Below are positions 29,485 through 38,292 of a stretch of DNA of 64,000 bases, piece by piece. This DNA is from Myxococcota bacterium (lineage in GTDB: Bacteria > Myxococcota_A > UBA9160 > UBA4427). The notes beneath the pieces were generated by a model. That model did no database searches. It was not told where the DNA came from and saw only the letters and a program-made list of their open reading frames with translations. The stretch covers positions 51,728 through 115,727 of the forward strand of contig JAYZFK010000094.1 in NCBI GenBank assembly GCA_036336835.1, in the 5' to 3' direction. Position numbers and translations under genes: made by a program. Each line of letters starts with the position of its first letter. Within the stretch, counting starts at the first letter, position 1.

Positions 29485-30819
29485 ATGCGTCTTCGGCAAT
29501 CGCGAAACAGCGTCTCTTCCCGGGTCCTGGCCTTCGTCTCGATCTCGACCCTGATCAGCTCGCTGGCCATCAGCTGGATCGCGATCGACTCCCAGCGCAC
29601 CGCCCTGCGCGTCGACCTCGAGAGCCGTCATCCGACGGCGCTCGCACGGCGCTACGAGCGCCTCCAGCACTGGCTGTCCGGGCAGCAGACGGACCTGGAG
29701 CAGGCCCTCGCCGCGCGCGAGCAGTGGCCGCTGCTGGCCCTCGGACTCGACGAGATCCAGCACCCCGCATCGCGAGGCCTGCAGATCGTCGATGCGGCGG
29801 GCGCCCCCGTCGCCGGCGTGCTCGATCCCGCGCCCCATCGCGACACGCTGGCCAGGGCGCTCCCGACCCTGGCCACGCCGCGCGAGCTGAGCGGACCCGA
29901 AGCCGATATCTACGCGACGGCCACGCCGATCGGCGACTCGGGCTTCTATCTCGTCAGCAGCGTGGCGCGCGCCCACGCCTTCGCGCCGGCCCGCGCGGTC
30001 GCGCTTCGCGTGCTGGTTGCCGACGTCTGCCTGGTGATCCTGTTCACCCTGCTCGCGCAGCGCATCACGCGCCGCATCCTCGAGCCGATCCACGCACTGT
30101 CGGACGGCGCTCGCCGCGTCTCGCGCGGCGAGCTCGACGTCCGGCTCGACCTGCCCTACCCGCTCGGGCCTAGCGACGAGATCGGTCTGCTGGCGCGCAC
30201 CTTCGAGAGCATGCTCCAGCGTCTGCGCACCAACCAGCGCGAGATCGAGCGCACCAATCAACAGCTACGCGCCAACAACGACGAGCTGCAGCAGGCCAAC
30301 CAGGTCCTCGAGCAGTTGTCGATCACCGACGGTCTGACGAAGCTTCACAACCACCGCTACTTCCAGGATCTGCTGGTCCACGAGTCGAAGCGTCTCGAGC
30401 GCACCGGCGCCCCGCTCTCGCTGATGCTGATCGACCTCGACGACTTCAAACAGCTAAACGACCGCTACGGACACGCCGCTGGCGACCAGGTATTGAGCCG
30501 CCTGGCTGAGCTGCTGAACCGCGCGATCCGCGAGACGGACATGCTCGCCCGATACGGAGGCGAAGAGTTCGTGGTGCTCTCGAGCGGTACCGATCTGGCA
30601 GGGGCATGCGTACTGGCCGAGAAGATCCGGCTCACCATCGAACAGTCGGCCTTCGCGATCGATGATCGCGTGGAGCCGCTGCAAGTGACCGTGTCGATCG
30701 GCGTGGCGTTGTTCCGAGGCTGCAGCAAGCGGATGTTCCGCGCCGCAGACAGCGCGTTGTACCGCGCCAAGGACCAGGGCAAGAACTGCGTCATCGAGGC
30801 CGCGTCCGAAGGCGCTTGA
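29485..30819 (+). CDS. Membrane HAMP-GGDEF diguanylate cyclase
   Basis: Two TM segments, HAMP (DEIGLLARTF), TDGLTKLHN, RETD I-site, RYGGEEF. Confidence 0.92.
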   Translation: MRLRQSRNSVSSRVLAFVSISTLISSLAISWIAIDSQRTALRVDLESRHPTALARRYERLQHWLSGQQTDLEQALAAREQWPLLALGLDEIQHPASRGLQIVDAAGAPVAGVLDPAPHRDTLARALPTLATPRELSGPEADIYATATPIGDSGFYLVSSVARAHAFAPARAVALRVLVADVCLVILFTLLAQRITRRILEPIHALSDGARRVSRGELDVRLDLPYPLGPSDEIGLLARTFESMLQRLRTNQREIERTNQQLRANNDELQQANQVLEQLSITDGLTKLHNHRYFQDLLVHESKRLERTGAPLSLMLIDLDDFKQLNDRYGHAAGDQVLSRLAELLNRAIRETDMLARYGGEEFVVLSSGTDLAGACVLAEKIRLTIEQSAFAIDDRVEPLQVTVSIGVALFRGCSKRMFRAADSALYRAKDQGKNCVIEAASEGA

Positions 30820-30851
30820 GCGAGCCTGCTGTCTCCGGCATGCTCGCTCCC

Positions 30852-31472
30852 ATGACACACCTGGTTGGTCTGTCCGGCGGCATCGGCTCGGGCAAGAGCA
30901 CGGTCAGCTCCCTGCTAGAGGAACTCGGCTCGGTGGTCATCGACGCCGATGCCATCGTCCACGAACTGCAGGCCCCGGGGACGCCGTTGCTGGCGGAGCT
31001 CGTCGAGGCCTTCGGGCCGAGGGTGCTCACCGCCGACGGGGCCCTCGACCGCAAGACGCTGGGTGGCATCGTGTTCGAGGACCCCGGGGCACGCGCCGAG
31101 CTCGGCCGGCTGGTGCACCCGAGGGTCGGGGAGACGATGTTGCAGCGCAGCGAAGCCGCTCGCGCGGCAGGCGCCGAGCTGGTCGTGCTCGACATCCCGC
31201 TGCTGTTCGAAGGCCGCGCTGCCGGGACCGGCACTGCCGCGCAGCTGGGCTACGACTCGACGCTCCTGGTCTGGGTCCCAGTGGAGGTCCAGATAGAACG
31301 GACGATTGCGCGCGACGCCTGCTCGCGCGATGAGGCGCAGGCGCGCATCGACGCGCAGCTGCCGATCGACGAGAAGCGGGCGCTGGCCGACCGCGTGATC
31401 GACAACTCGGGCACGCGCGAGCAGACACGCGCCCAGGTCGAGCGCGTCCACGCGGAGCTCACGGGGACGTGA
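30852..31472 (+). CDS. coaE: Dephospho-CoA kinase
   Basis: GLSGGIGSGKSTV, IDAD, LDR..LG, DIPLLFE, IDNSG. Confidence 0.95.
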   Translation: MTHLVGLSGGIGSGKSTVSSLLEELGSVVIDADAIVHELQAPGTPLLAELVEAFGPRVLTADGALDRKTLGGIVFEDPGARAELGRLVHPRVGETMLQRSEAARAAGAELVVLDIPLLFEGRAAGTGTAAQLGYDSTLLVWVPVEVQIERTIARDACSRDEAQARIDAQLPIDEKRALADRVIDNSGTREQTRAQVERVHAELTGT

Positions 31473-31566
31473 CCGACGGCCCCCCCGGTCCATCGCGCCG
31501 CTCGGAGGACCGCCCCGCCCTCACCGGCTCGATTCCCGGATGCGCCCGCCGGGATTGGACGCAGAG

Positions 31567-32370
31567 TCAGCGCGGCCTGCGCAGCGGCGCCTTCAGCTCA
31601 GCGACGAAAGTTGCGACCGCATCGATCATCTCGGCCCTCGAGTCGGCGGACTCGATCCGGTCGACGATCGCGCTGCCAACGACGACCCCGTCGGCGTACC
31701 GTCCGACGCGCTCGGCGTGCTCGGGCGATGAGATGCCGAACCCGACGCAGACGGGGATGCTGCCGTGTCGCCGGATTCCGCGCACGCCCTGCTCGATCCC
31801 CTCCGCCAGCGACGCCCGCGCGCTCGTGACGCCGGTCAGGGACACGTAGTAGAGGAAGCCGCGCGACTCGGCGACGAGGCGTTCGATCCGCTCCGGCGTC
31901 GAGGTCGGCGCCACCAGCATCACGGGATCGATGCCGGCTTCGCGACAGGCCGCGAAGAACTCTGCACCCTCCTCCGGCGGCAGGTCGACCACGATCACGG
32001 CGTCGACGCCCGCCGCGCTCGCCGCCTCGGCAAAACGCTCGGGACCCATCGCGAGGACGTTGTTTGCGTAGCCCATCAGCACCAGCGGCACATCGATCCG
32101 CGGCCGCACACGCTTGACCATCTCGAGCACGGCGCGCAGCGTCGTGCCGCTCGCAATGGCGCGCTGGCTCGCCCGCTGGATGGTCGGCCCGTCCGCGATC
32201 GGATCAGAGAACGGGAAGCCGATCTCGATCACGTCGGCACCCGCCTCGGCCATGGCGAGCAGGAGCGCTTCCGTCGTGTCGAGATCGGGATCACCCGCCG
32301 TCAGGAAGGGAAGCAGCGCTGGCTCGCCCCGCGCCCGCAGGACCTCGAACCGCTCGTCGAGACGCGACAT
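31567..32370 (-). CDS. trpA: Tryptophan synthase alpha chain
   Basis: AGDPD, PFSDPIADGPTIQ, GVT, VGFGIS, VVGSA. Confidence 0.96.
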   Translation of the reverse strand: MSRLDERFEVLRARGEPALLPFLTAGDPDLDTTEALLLAMAEAGADVIEIGFPFSDPIADGPTIQRASQRAIASGTTLRAVLEMVKRVRPRIDVPLVLMGYANNVLAMGPERFAEAASAAGVDAVIVVDLPPEEGAEFFAACREAGIDPVMLVAPTSTPERIERLVAESRGFLYYVSLTGVTSARASLAEGIEQGVRGIRRHGSIPVCVGFGISSPEHAERVGRYADGVVVGSAIVDRIESADSRAEMIDAVATFVAELKAPLRRPR

Positions 32371-33569
32371 CAGTGCTGCGATTCCTTCTCCAGCAGGTCG
32401 CGCACCTCGGTCACGTCCTTGTCGCCGCGGCCCGAGATGTTGACGACCACGAGCGCGTCCGCGGGCAGCTCTGGGACGAGTCTGCGCGCGCCGGCCACGG
32501 CGTGGGACGACTCGAGCGCCGGAATGATGCCCTCGAGCCTCGACAGGTACACGAAGGAGTCCAGCGCCTCGGCGTCGTCTGCCACGATGTACTCTGCCCG
32601 GCCCTGATCCTTGAGATAGGCGTGCTCCGGCCCGACCCCCGGATAGTCCAGCCCCGCCGAGATCGAGTGGGCCGGGAAGATCTGACCGTCGTCGTCCGAC
32701 ATCACGAAGGTGCGCTGACCGTGAAGAATGCCCGGTTCGCCCGCCGTCAGCGTGGCGCCGTGCCGCCCGCTGGCCAAACCTTCGCCTCCCGGCTCGACAC
32801 CAACCAGGCGCACGCCCTCGTCCTCGATGAAAGGATGGAACAGGCCCATCGCGTTGCTGCCGCCGCCGACGCAGGCAATGCACACGTCGGGCAGCCGGCC
32901 CTCCGCAGCGAGCATCTGCTCGCGCACCTCGAGCCCGATCACGCGCTGGAAGTCACGGACCAGCGTCGGGTAGGGATGTGGTCCCATCACCGAACCGATG
33001 CAGTAGTAGGTGGTGCCGATGTTCGTCACCCAATCGCGCATCGCCTCGTTGATTGCGTCCTTCAGCGTGCACGAGCCCGACGCTACGGTGTGAACCCGCG
33101 CACCCAGCAACTCCATCCGGAAGACGTTGAGCGCCTGGCGCCGCGTGTCCTCCGACCCCATGTAGACCTCGCACTCGATCCCGAGCAGCGCGCACGCCGT
33201 CGCGGCCGCACAGCCATGCTGACCGGCGCCCGTCTCGGCGATCACACGGCGCTTGCCCATGCGCTTGGCGAGCAGCACCTGGCCGAGCACATTGTTGATC
33301 TTGTGCGCGCCGGTGTGCGCGAGATCCTCGCGCTTGAGATACAGCTTCGCTCCGCCGAGATCCTCGGTCACACGCTCGGCGAAGGTCAACGGCGTCGGCC
33401 GGCCAGCATAGGTGCGAAGCAAGTGGTCGAGTTCGCTCTGGAAGGACTCGCTCTGCCCGATCGTCTTGTACGCGTCAGACAGCTCGTCGAGCGCGGCGAT
33501 CAATACCTCGGGAACCCAGCGCCCGCCGAACTCCCCGAAACGACCGTGTTCGTCGGCCTCGCTCTTCAC
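32370..33569 (-). CDS. trpB: Tryptophan synthase beta chain
   Basis: [48 protein letters not shown]. Confidence 0.98.
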   Translation of the reverse strand: MKSEADEHGRFGEFGGRWVPEVLIAALDELSDAYKTIGQSESFQSELDHLLRTYAGRPTPLTFAERVTEDLGGAKLYLKREDLAHTGAHKINNVLGQVLLAKRMGKRRVIAETGAGQHGCAAATACALLGIECEVYMGSEDTRRQALNVFRMELLGARVHTVASGSCTLKDAINEAMRDWVTNIGTTYYCIGSVMGPHPYPTLVRDFQRVIGLEVREQMLAAEGRLPDVCIACVGGGSNAMGLFHPFIEDEGVRLVGVEPGGEGLASGRHGATLTAGEPGILHGQRTFVMSDDDGQIFPAHSISAGLDYPGVGPEHAYLKDQGRAEYIVADDAEALDSFVYLSRLEGIIPALESSHAVAGARRLVPELPADALVVVNISGRGDKDVTEVRDLLEKESQH

Positions 33570-34198
33570 TCGGCGTCCTCGGCGCGACGCACGGCTTCGA
33601 CGAACGCCTTCATCGCGTCCGGATCCTTGCGAACCCCTTCACCCTCGACGCCCGTCGCCACATCGACGCCCCAGGGCGGGATGTCGCCGACTCCATCGAT
33701 CGCCTGGCCGACGTTCGACGGATCGAGTCCGCCGGCCAGGATCACGTCGAGACCGATCTCGATCAGCGCGGAGGCCTCGCTCCAGTCCCAGACCTTGCCC
33801 TGGCCGCCCCCGTCGCTCGGGTGGTCGAGCAGCAGCATGCTGCCGGGATATTGCTGGGCGAGCTCGAGGTCCGCCCCGGCGAGAGCCTTGATCACTGGAA
33901 GCTCGATCAGCTCGACCTCCTCCTCGGTCTCGTCTCCGTGCAGCTGAACGCGCTCGAACTCGACCCGCCGCAGCACGCGCTCGATCTCGTTCCAGGCCTG
34001 GTCCTGGAACACCGCCACGCGTTCGACCCCGGTTCCATCGACCCGCTGGCAGATCGCCTCCGCGTTGCGGAGATCCACCCCGCGCTTCGAGATCGGAACG
34101 AAGTTCACTCCGATCAGATCCGCCCCGGCCTCGACCGCCGCCGTCGCATCGTCGGGATGCGTGATGCCACAGATCTTGATCCTCACGCTGCCGCTCAC
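33566..34198 (-). CDS. trpF: Phosphoribosylanthranilate isomerase
   Basis: [35 protein letters not shown]. Confidence 0.95.
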   Translation of the reverse strand: MSGSVRIKICGITHPDDATAAVEAGADLIGVNFVPISKRGVDLRNAEAICQRVDGTGVERVAVFQDQAWNEIERVLRRVEFERVQLHGDETEEEVELIELPVIKALAGADLELAQQYPGSMLLLDHPSDGGGQGKVWDWSEASALIEIGLDVILAGGLDPSNVGQAIDGVGDIPPWGVDVATGVEGEGVRKDPDAMKAFVEAVRRAEDAE

Positions 34199-35031
34199 GT
34201 TCTGCTCTCCTCCGGCGCCGGCCAGGGCGCCTCGAGACCGCGCAGGCGCCGCAGCGCCCCCGCCATATCCGCTTCGCGCATCAGGGATTCTCCCACGAGA
34301 AAGGCCCTGGCGCCGGCACTTTGCAGCCGTTCGACGTCGGCTGCGGAGTGGATCCCGCTCTCGGCGACGAGCAGCACATCTGGCGCCCGCTCCGCAGCGG
34401 CGAGGCGACCCGCCAGCCGCTCGGTGACCGCGAGGTCGGTCTGGAAGCTGCGCAGGTCGCGATTGTTGACCCCCACCAGGCTGGCTCCGATCTCGAGCGC
34501 CAGATCGAGCTCGGCCTCGTCGTGAACTTCGACGAGCGCGTCGAGCCCCCACTCGCCGGCCCTCTCGGCGAGCGCGACGAGCGTCTGTGGCGACAGCGCC
34601 GCCGTGATCAGCAACACCGCATCGGCGCCTGCGACCCGCGCCTCGTCGATCTGATAGGCATCGACCACGAACTCCTTGCGCAGGATCGGCAGCGGCACGG
34701 CCGCGCGCACCCGCGGCACGAAGCACAGCTCGCCCCCAAAGTAGTGCTCGTCTGTCAGCACCGAGAGACACGCCGCTCCGCCGGCATGGTAGGCAGTGGC
34801 GCATTCCACTGGGTCGAAGTCGGCCCGAATCAGCCCCCTGCTGGGCGAGCGACGCTTGACCTCGGCAATCACGGCCGGCCTCTCGCCAGCCTCGAGCGCG
34901 CGCCGGAAGCCGCGCACCGGCGTCGCGACGGCAGCGGCACGCTCTGCCATCTCCTCGGCGGACACACGACCGATCGCCTCCGCGACCTCGCGGCGCTTGT
35001 GCTCGAGGATCTCATCGAGAATCGACGTCAT
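34195..35031 (-). CDS. trpC: Indole-3-glycerol phosphate synthase
   Basis: IAEVKRRSPS, SVLTD, GADAVLLI, LVEVH, GVNNRDL, AESGI. Confidence 0.96.
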   Translation of the reverse strand: MTSILDEILEHKRREVAEAIGRVSAEEMAERAAAVATPVRGFRRALEAGERPAVIAEVKRRSPSRGLIRADFDPVECATAYHAGGAACLSVLTDEHYFGGELCFVPRVRAAVPLPILRKEFVVDAYQIDEARVAGADAVLLITAALSPQTLVALAERAGEWGLDALVEVHDEAELDLALEIGASLVGVNNRDLRSFQTDLAVTERLAGRLAAAERAPDVLLVAESGIHSAADVERLQSAGARAFLVGESLMREADMAGALRRLRGLEAPWPAPEESRT

Positions 35032-36077
35032 GCCGTCTCGCTGACGGGACGAGCTGGAGCCTCGTGCTCGTTGGTCGCACGCACCAGTGCGGCGAGCTTC
35101 TCGCGCGCCGCGCCGGACGCGACGCTCTCGCTCGCTGCGGCGACGCCCTGCGCGAGGTCCGCAGCCGCGCCGGCGACCCACAGGGCCGCTCCGGCGTTCA
35201 GCACCACGATGTCGCGACGCGCACCCGTCTCGCCCTCGAGGATCGCGTTCAGGATCGCCGCGTTGTGTGCCGCGTCACCGCCCGCCAGCTCGGACAGGGT
35301 CGCGCGCGGCAGCCCGAGCGTCTCGGGATCGAGCGTCCAGCGCTCGAGTTGTCCGCCGCTGAGCAGCGCGGCCTCGCTGGTCGTGGTGGTCGTCAACTCG
35401 TCGAGCCCGTCGTTACCGTGGACGACCAGCGCCCGGCGCGCGCCGAGCTCCCCGAGTGCGCGCGCCAGCGGCTCGATCAACGCAGCGTCGTAGACGCCCA
35501 CGAGCTGATGGCGCGCAGCGACAGGATTCAACAACGGACCGAGGCAGTTCATGATCGTACGCAAGCCGAGCTCGCGACGTACCGCCGCCACGTGGCGCAT
35601 CGCGGGGTGCGCGGTGCGCGCAAAGAACGGCGCGATGCCGATGCCGGCGAGGATCTCACCACAGGCCTCGATCGGCAGGTCGATGCGCACGCCGAGCGCC
35701 TCTAGCACGTCGAAGCTCCCGCTCTGGCTGCTTGCCGCGCGGTTGCCGTGCTTGGCGACCGGCACCCCGGCGCCCGCCACCACGAACGCGGCCGTCGTCG
35801 AAATGTTGAACGTGTTGGCACCGTCGCCGCCCGTCCCACAGGTATCGACGGTGCGGGGATCGACGGCTGGCGCGGTCGCCGCCCGGGCTCGCAGCGCGCG
35901 GGCCGCCGCTGCGATCTCCCCGTACGTCTCGCCCTTGGTCCGCAACGCGACGAGCAGCGCGGCGATCGCGGCCGGAGGGGCCGCGCCATCCCTGATCTCG
36001 CCGAACGCGGCCTCGAGCTCGCGCGCGCCGACCTCACGCCCGGCAATCGCCGCCTCTGTCGCAGCGCGCAGGCTCAC
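35028..36077 (-). CDS. trpD: Anthranilate phosphoribosyltransferase
   Basis: DTCGTGGD, FNIST, KHGNR, GLDE. Confidence 0.96.
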   Translation of the reverse strand: MSLRAATEAAIAGREVGARELEAAFGEIRDGAAPPAAIAALLVALRTKGETYGEIAAAARALRARAATAPAVDPRTVDTCGTGGDGANTFNISTTAAFVVAGAGVPVAKHGNRAASSQSGSFDVLEALGVRIDLPIEACGEILAGIGIAPFFARTAHPAMRHVAAVRRELGLRTIMNCLGPLLNPVAARHQLVGVYDAALIEPLARALGELGARRALVVHGNDGLDELTTTTTSEAALLSGGQLERWTLDPETLGLPRATLSELAGGDAAHNAAILNAILEGETGARRDIVVLNAGAALWVAGAAADLAQGVAAASESVASGAAREKLAALVRATNEHEAPARPVSETA

Positions 36078-36673
36078 TCCGCGGCTCCGGCACCGGAACT
36101 CGTGCGCTGGCCCAGAAAGTTGGCCAGCAGCTGCTTGCCGACGTTCGTCAGAATCGATTCCGGGTGGAACTGCACGCCCTCGATCGGGAGCTCGCGGTGC
36201 CGCACGCCCATGATCTCGCCGTCCTCGCTGCGGGCGCTCACGTCGAGCTCCTCGGGCCGGCTGGCCTCTTCGATCACCAGTGAGTGATAGCGGGTGGCCT
36301 CGAACAGCGCGGGCAGGCCCGCGAAGACGCCCTTGCCGTCGTGCTCGATCGTCGAGGTCTTGCCGTGCATGATCGATCGCGCTCGCACGATGCGGCCGCC
36401 AAACACCTGACCGATCGACTGGTGCCCGAGGCACACCCCGAGCACCGGGATACCTCCCTCGGCAAAGGCACGCACGCAAGCAAGCGAGACCCCGGCGTCG
36501 TCGGGCGTTCCCGGACCCGGCGAGATCACCAGACCGTCGGGGGCGCGCCCGACCAACGCCTCGACCGGCTCGACGTCGTTGCGCACCACCTCGACCTCGG
36601 CACCGAGCTCACCCAGGTACTGGACCAGGTTGTAGGTGAAGGAGTCGTAGTTATCGATGATCAACAACCGCAT
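36074..36673 (-). CDS. trpG: Anthranilate synthase component II (glutamine amidotransferase)
   Basis: IDNYDSFTYNL, SPGPG, GVCLGHQ, RYHSL, QFHPES. Confidence 0.95.
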   Translation of the reverse strand: MRLLIIDNYDSFTYNLVQYLGELGAEVEVVRNDVEPVEALVGRAPDGLVISPGPGTPDDAGVSLACVRAFAEGGIPVLGVCLGHQSIGQVFGGRIVRARSIMHGKTSTIEHDGKGVFAGLPALFEATRYHSLVIEEASRPEELDVSARSEDGEIMGVRHRELPIEGVQFHPESILTNVGKQLLANFLGQRTSSGAGAAE

Positions 36674-36683
36674 CGGCGCGCTC

Positions 36684-38171
36684 TCAGTCCGTCCCTTCGC
36701 GCGCCAGGTCGATGGCGTGCACCAGCGCACGGGACTTGTTGAGCGTCTCCTTGAACTCGAGCTCGGGGTCGGAGTCCGCCACCACGCCGGCCCCTGCGAG
36801 CAGCGTGATCTTCTCGTCCTTCACCACCATGGTGCGAATCGTGATCGCCATGTCCATGTTGCCCGAGTAATCGATGTAGCCGACACAGCCCCCGTAGATC
36901 CCGCGCCGAACCGTCTCGAGCTCGTCGATGATCTCCATGGCCCGCACCTTGGGCGCTCCGGACAGCGTCCCGGCCGGGAAGGTGGCGCGCAGGACGTCGA
37001 GCCAGTCGTAGCCGAGATCGAGCTTCGCCTGCACGTTCGAGACCGTGTGCATGACGTGAGAGTACTTCTCGACGTTGGCGTACTCGTTCACCTCGACCGA
37101 GCCGATCTGGGCGACCCGGCCCACGTCGTTGCGACCGAGATCGACCAGCATCACGTGCTCGGCGATCTCCTTGGGATCGGTACGCAACTCGTGCTCCATG
37201 CGCGCCTCGTCCTCGGGGTCGCGCCCGCGGCGCCGCGTACCGGCCCGCGGGCGCACATCGATCCGGTCTCCTTCGAGCCGCACCAGGATCTCGGGCGACG
37301 AGCCGATCACGATGGCGCCCTCGATGCGCACGTAGAAGAGATAGGGACTCGGGTTGATCGCCCGCAGCTGGCGGTAGATCGTGAACGGATCCACCTGCAG
37401 GGGCAGCGTGAACTGCTGCGCCAGCACCACCTGGAAGACGTCGCCAGCCTCGACGTACTCCTTCCCGCGCTTCACGATCTCGTGGTACGCCTCGCGCGTC
37501 AGGTTGCGTTCGACCTCCATCGGCTGCCGCGAGGCCTCTCGCCGAGGCTCGGGTTCGATCGGCGCGCGCAGCTGATCGATCACCCCGTCGATTTCGCGCC
37601 CCGCGCGCGCATAGCACTCAGCCGGGTCATCGCCGTCGCGCAGGCGCACGTGCTTCACGATCAGCGCCGTGTGACGCACGTTGTCGTAGACGACCACCAC
37701 CTCGGGCAGCGTGAACGACAGATCAGGCAGGCCGACCGTATCCGGATTCGTGTCGGGAATGTTCTCGACGAAGCGCACCCACTCGTAGCCGACCATGCCC
37801 ACCGCGCCGCCGACGAAGCGCGGAAGATCGAAGCCTTCGGGCTTGACCGGGTGAAGCTCGGCGAGCTTGTCGCGCAGGAAGGCGAGCGGGTCGCCCTCGA
37901 CCTCGACCTGCTCGCGCGCATCGCCCTCGATCCACTCGACCTGACGACCCTGGGCGCGGAAGCGCGCCCGGGCACCAGTCCCGACGAAGCTGTAGCGGGC
38001 CCATTTTTCGCCGCCCTGCACCGACTCCAGCAGGAAGCTGGTCTCACCGTCGTCGAGCCGGCGGAACAGCGACAGGGGCGTGTCGAGGTCGGCGAGGATC
38101 TCGCGCACCACCGGAATCAGATTGCCCTGGGTGGCGAGTTCCTCGAACTGTTCGAGCGACGGGCGGAGCAA
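36684..38171 (-). CDS. trpE: Anthranilate synthase component I
   Basis: FLLESV, INPSPY, SSPE, AEHVMLVDLGRND, FPAGTLSGAPK. Confidence 0.96.
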   Translation of the reverse strand: MLRPSLEQFEELATQGNLIPVVREILADLDTPLSLFRRLDDGETSFLLESVQGGEKWARYSFVGTGARARFRAQGRQVEWIEGDAREQVEVEGDPLAFLRDKLAELHPVKPEGFDLPRFVGGAVGMVGYEWVRFVENIPDTNPDTVGLPDLSFTLPEVVVVYDNVRHTALIVKHVRLRDGDDPAECYARAGREIDGVIDQLRAPIEPEPRREASRQPMEVERNLTREAYHEIVKRGKEYVEAGDVFQVVLAQQFTLPLQVDPFTIYRQLRAINPSPYLFYVRIEGAIVIGSSPEILVRLEGDRIDVRPRAGTRRRGRDPEDEARMEHELRTDPKEIAEHVMLVDLGRNDVGRVAQIGSVEVNEYANVEKYSHVMHTVSNVQAKLDLGYDWLDVLRATFPAGTLSGAPKVRAMEIIDELETVRRGIYGGCVGYIDYSGNMDMAITIRTMVVKDEKITLLAGAGVVADSDPELEFKETLNKSRALVHAIDLAREGTD

Positions 38172-38243
38172 CGGGGCCTCACTCGCTCCGCGGGGGGGCG
38201 GCGGAGCACGACGGGCACGAGAGAGCGAACGAGCGGTCCAGAC

Positions 38244-38272
38244 ATCGAAGCAGAGCCCACGCGGGGCGTCAA
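38244..38272 (-). promoter_or_regulatory. Putative sigma70-type promoter of the trp operon
   Basis: TTGACG-17 nt-TTCGAT with TG extension on the minus strand, ~70 nt upstream of trpE. Confidence 0.4.
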
Positions 38273-38292
38273 CCGAGCCGGCCTCGAGCCGC

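Noticed and set aside
38172..38292. trpL-type attenuator leader upstream of trpE
   Set aside because: A GC hairpin is present, but I found no short ORF with Trp codons and no U-tract terminator.
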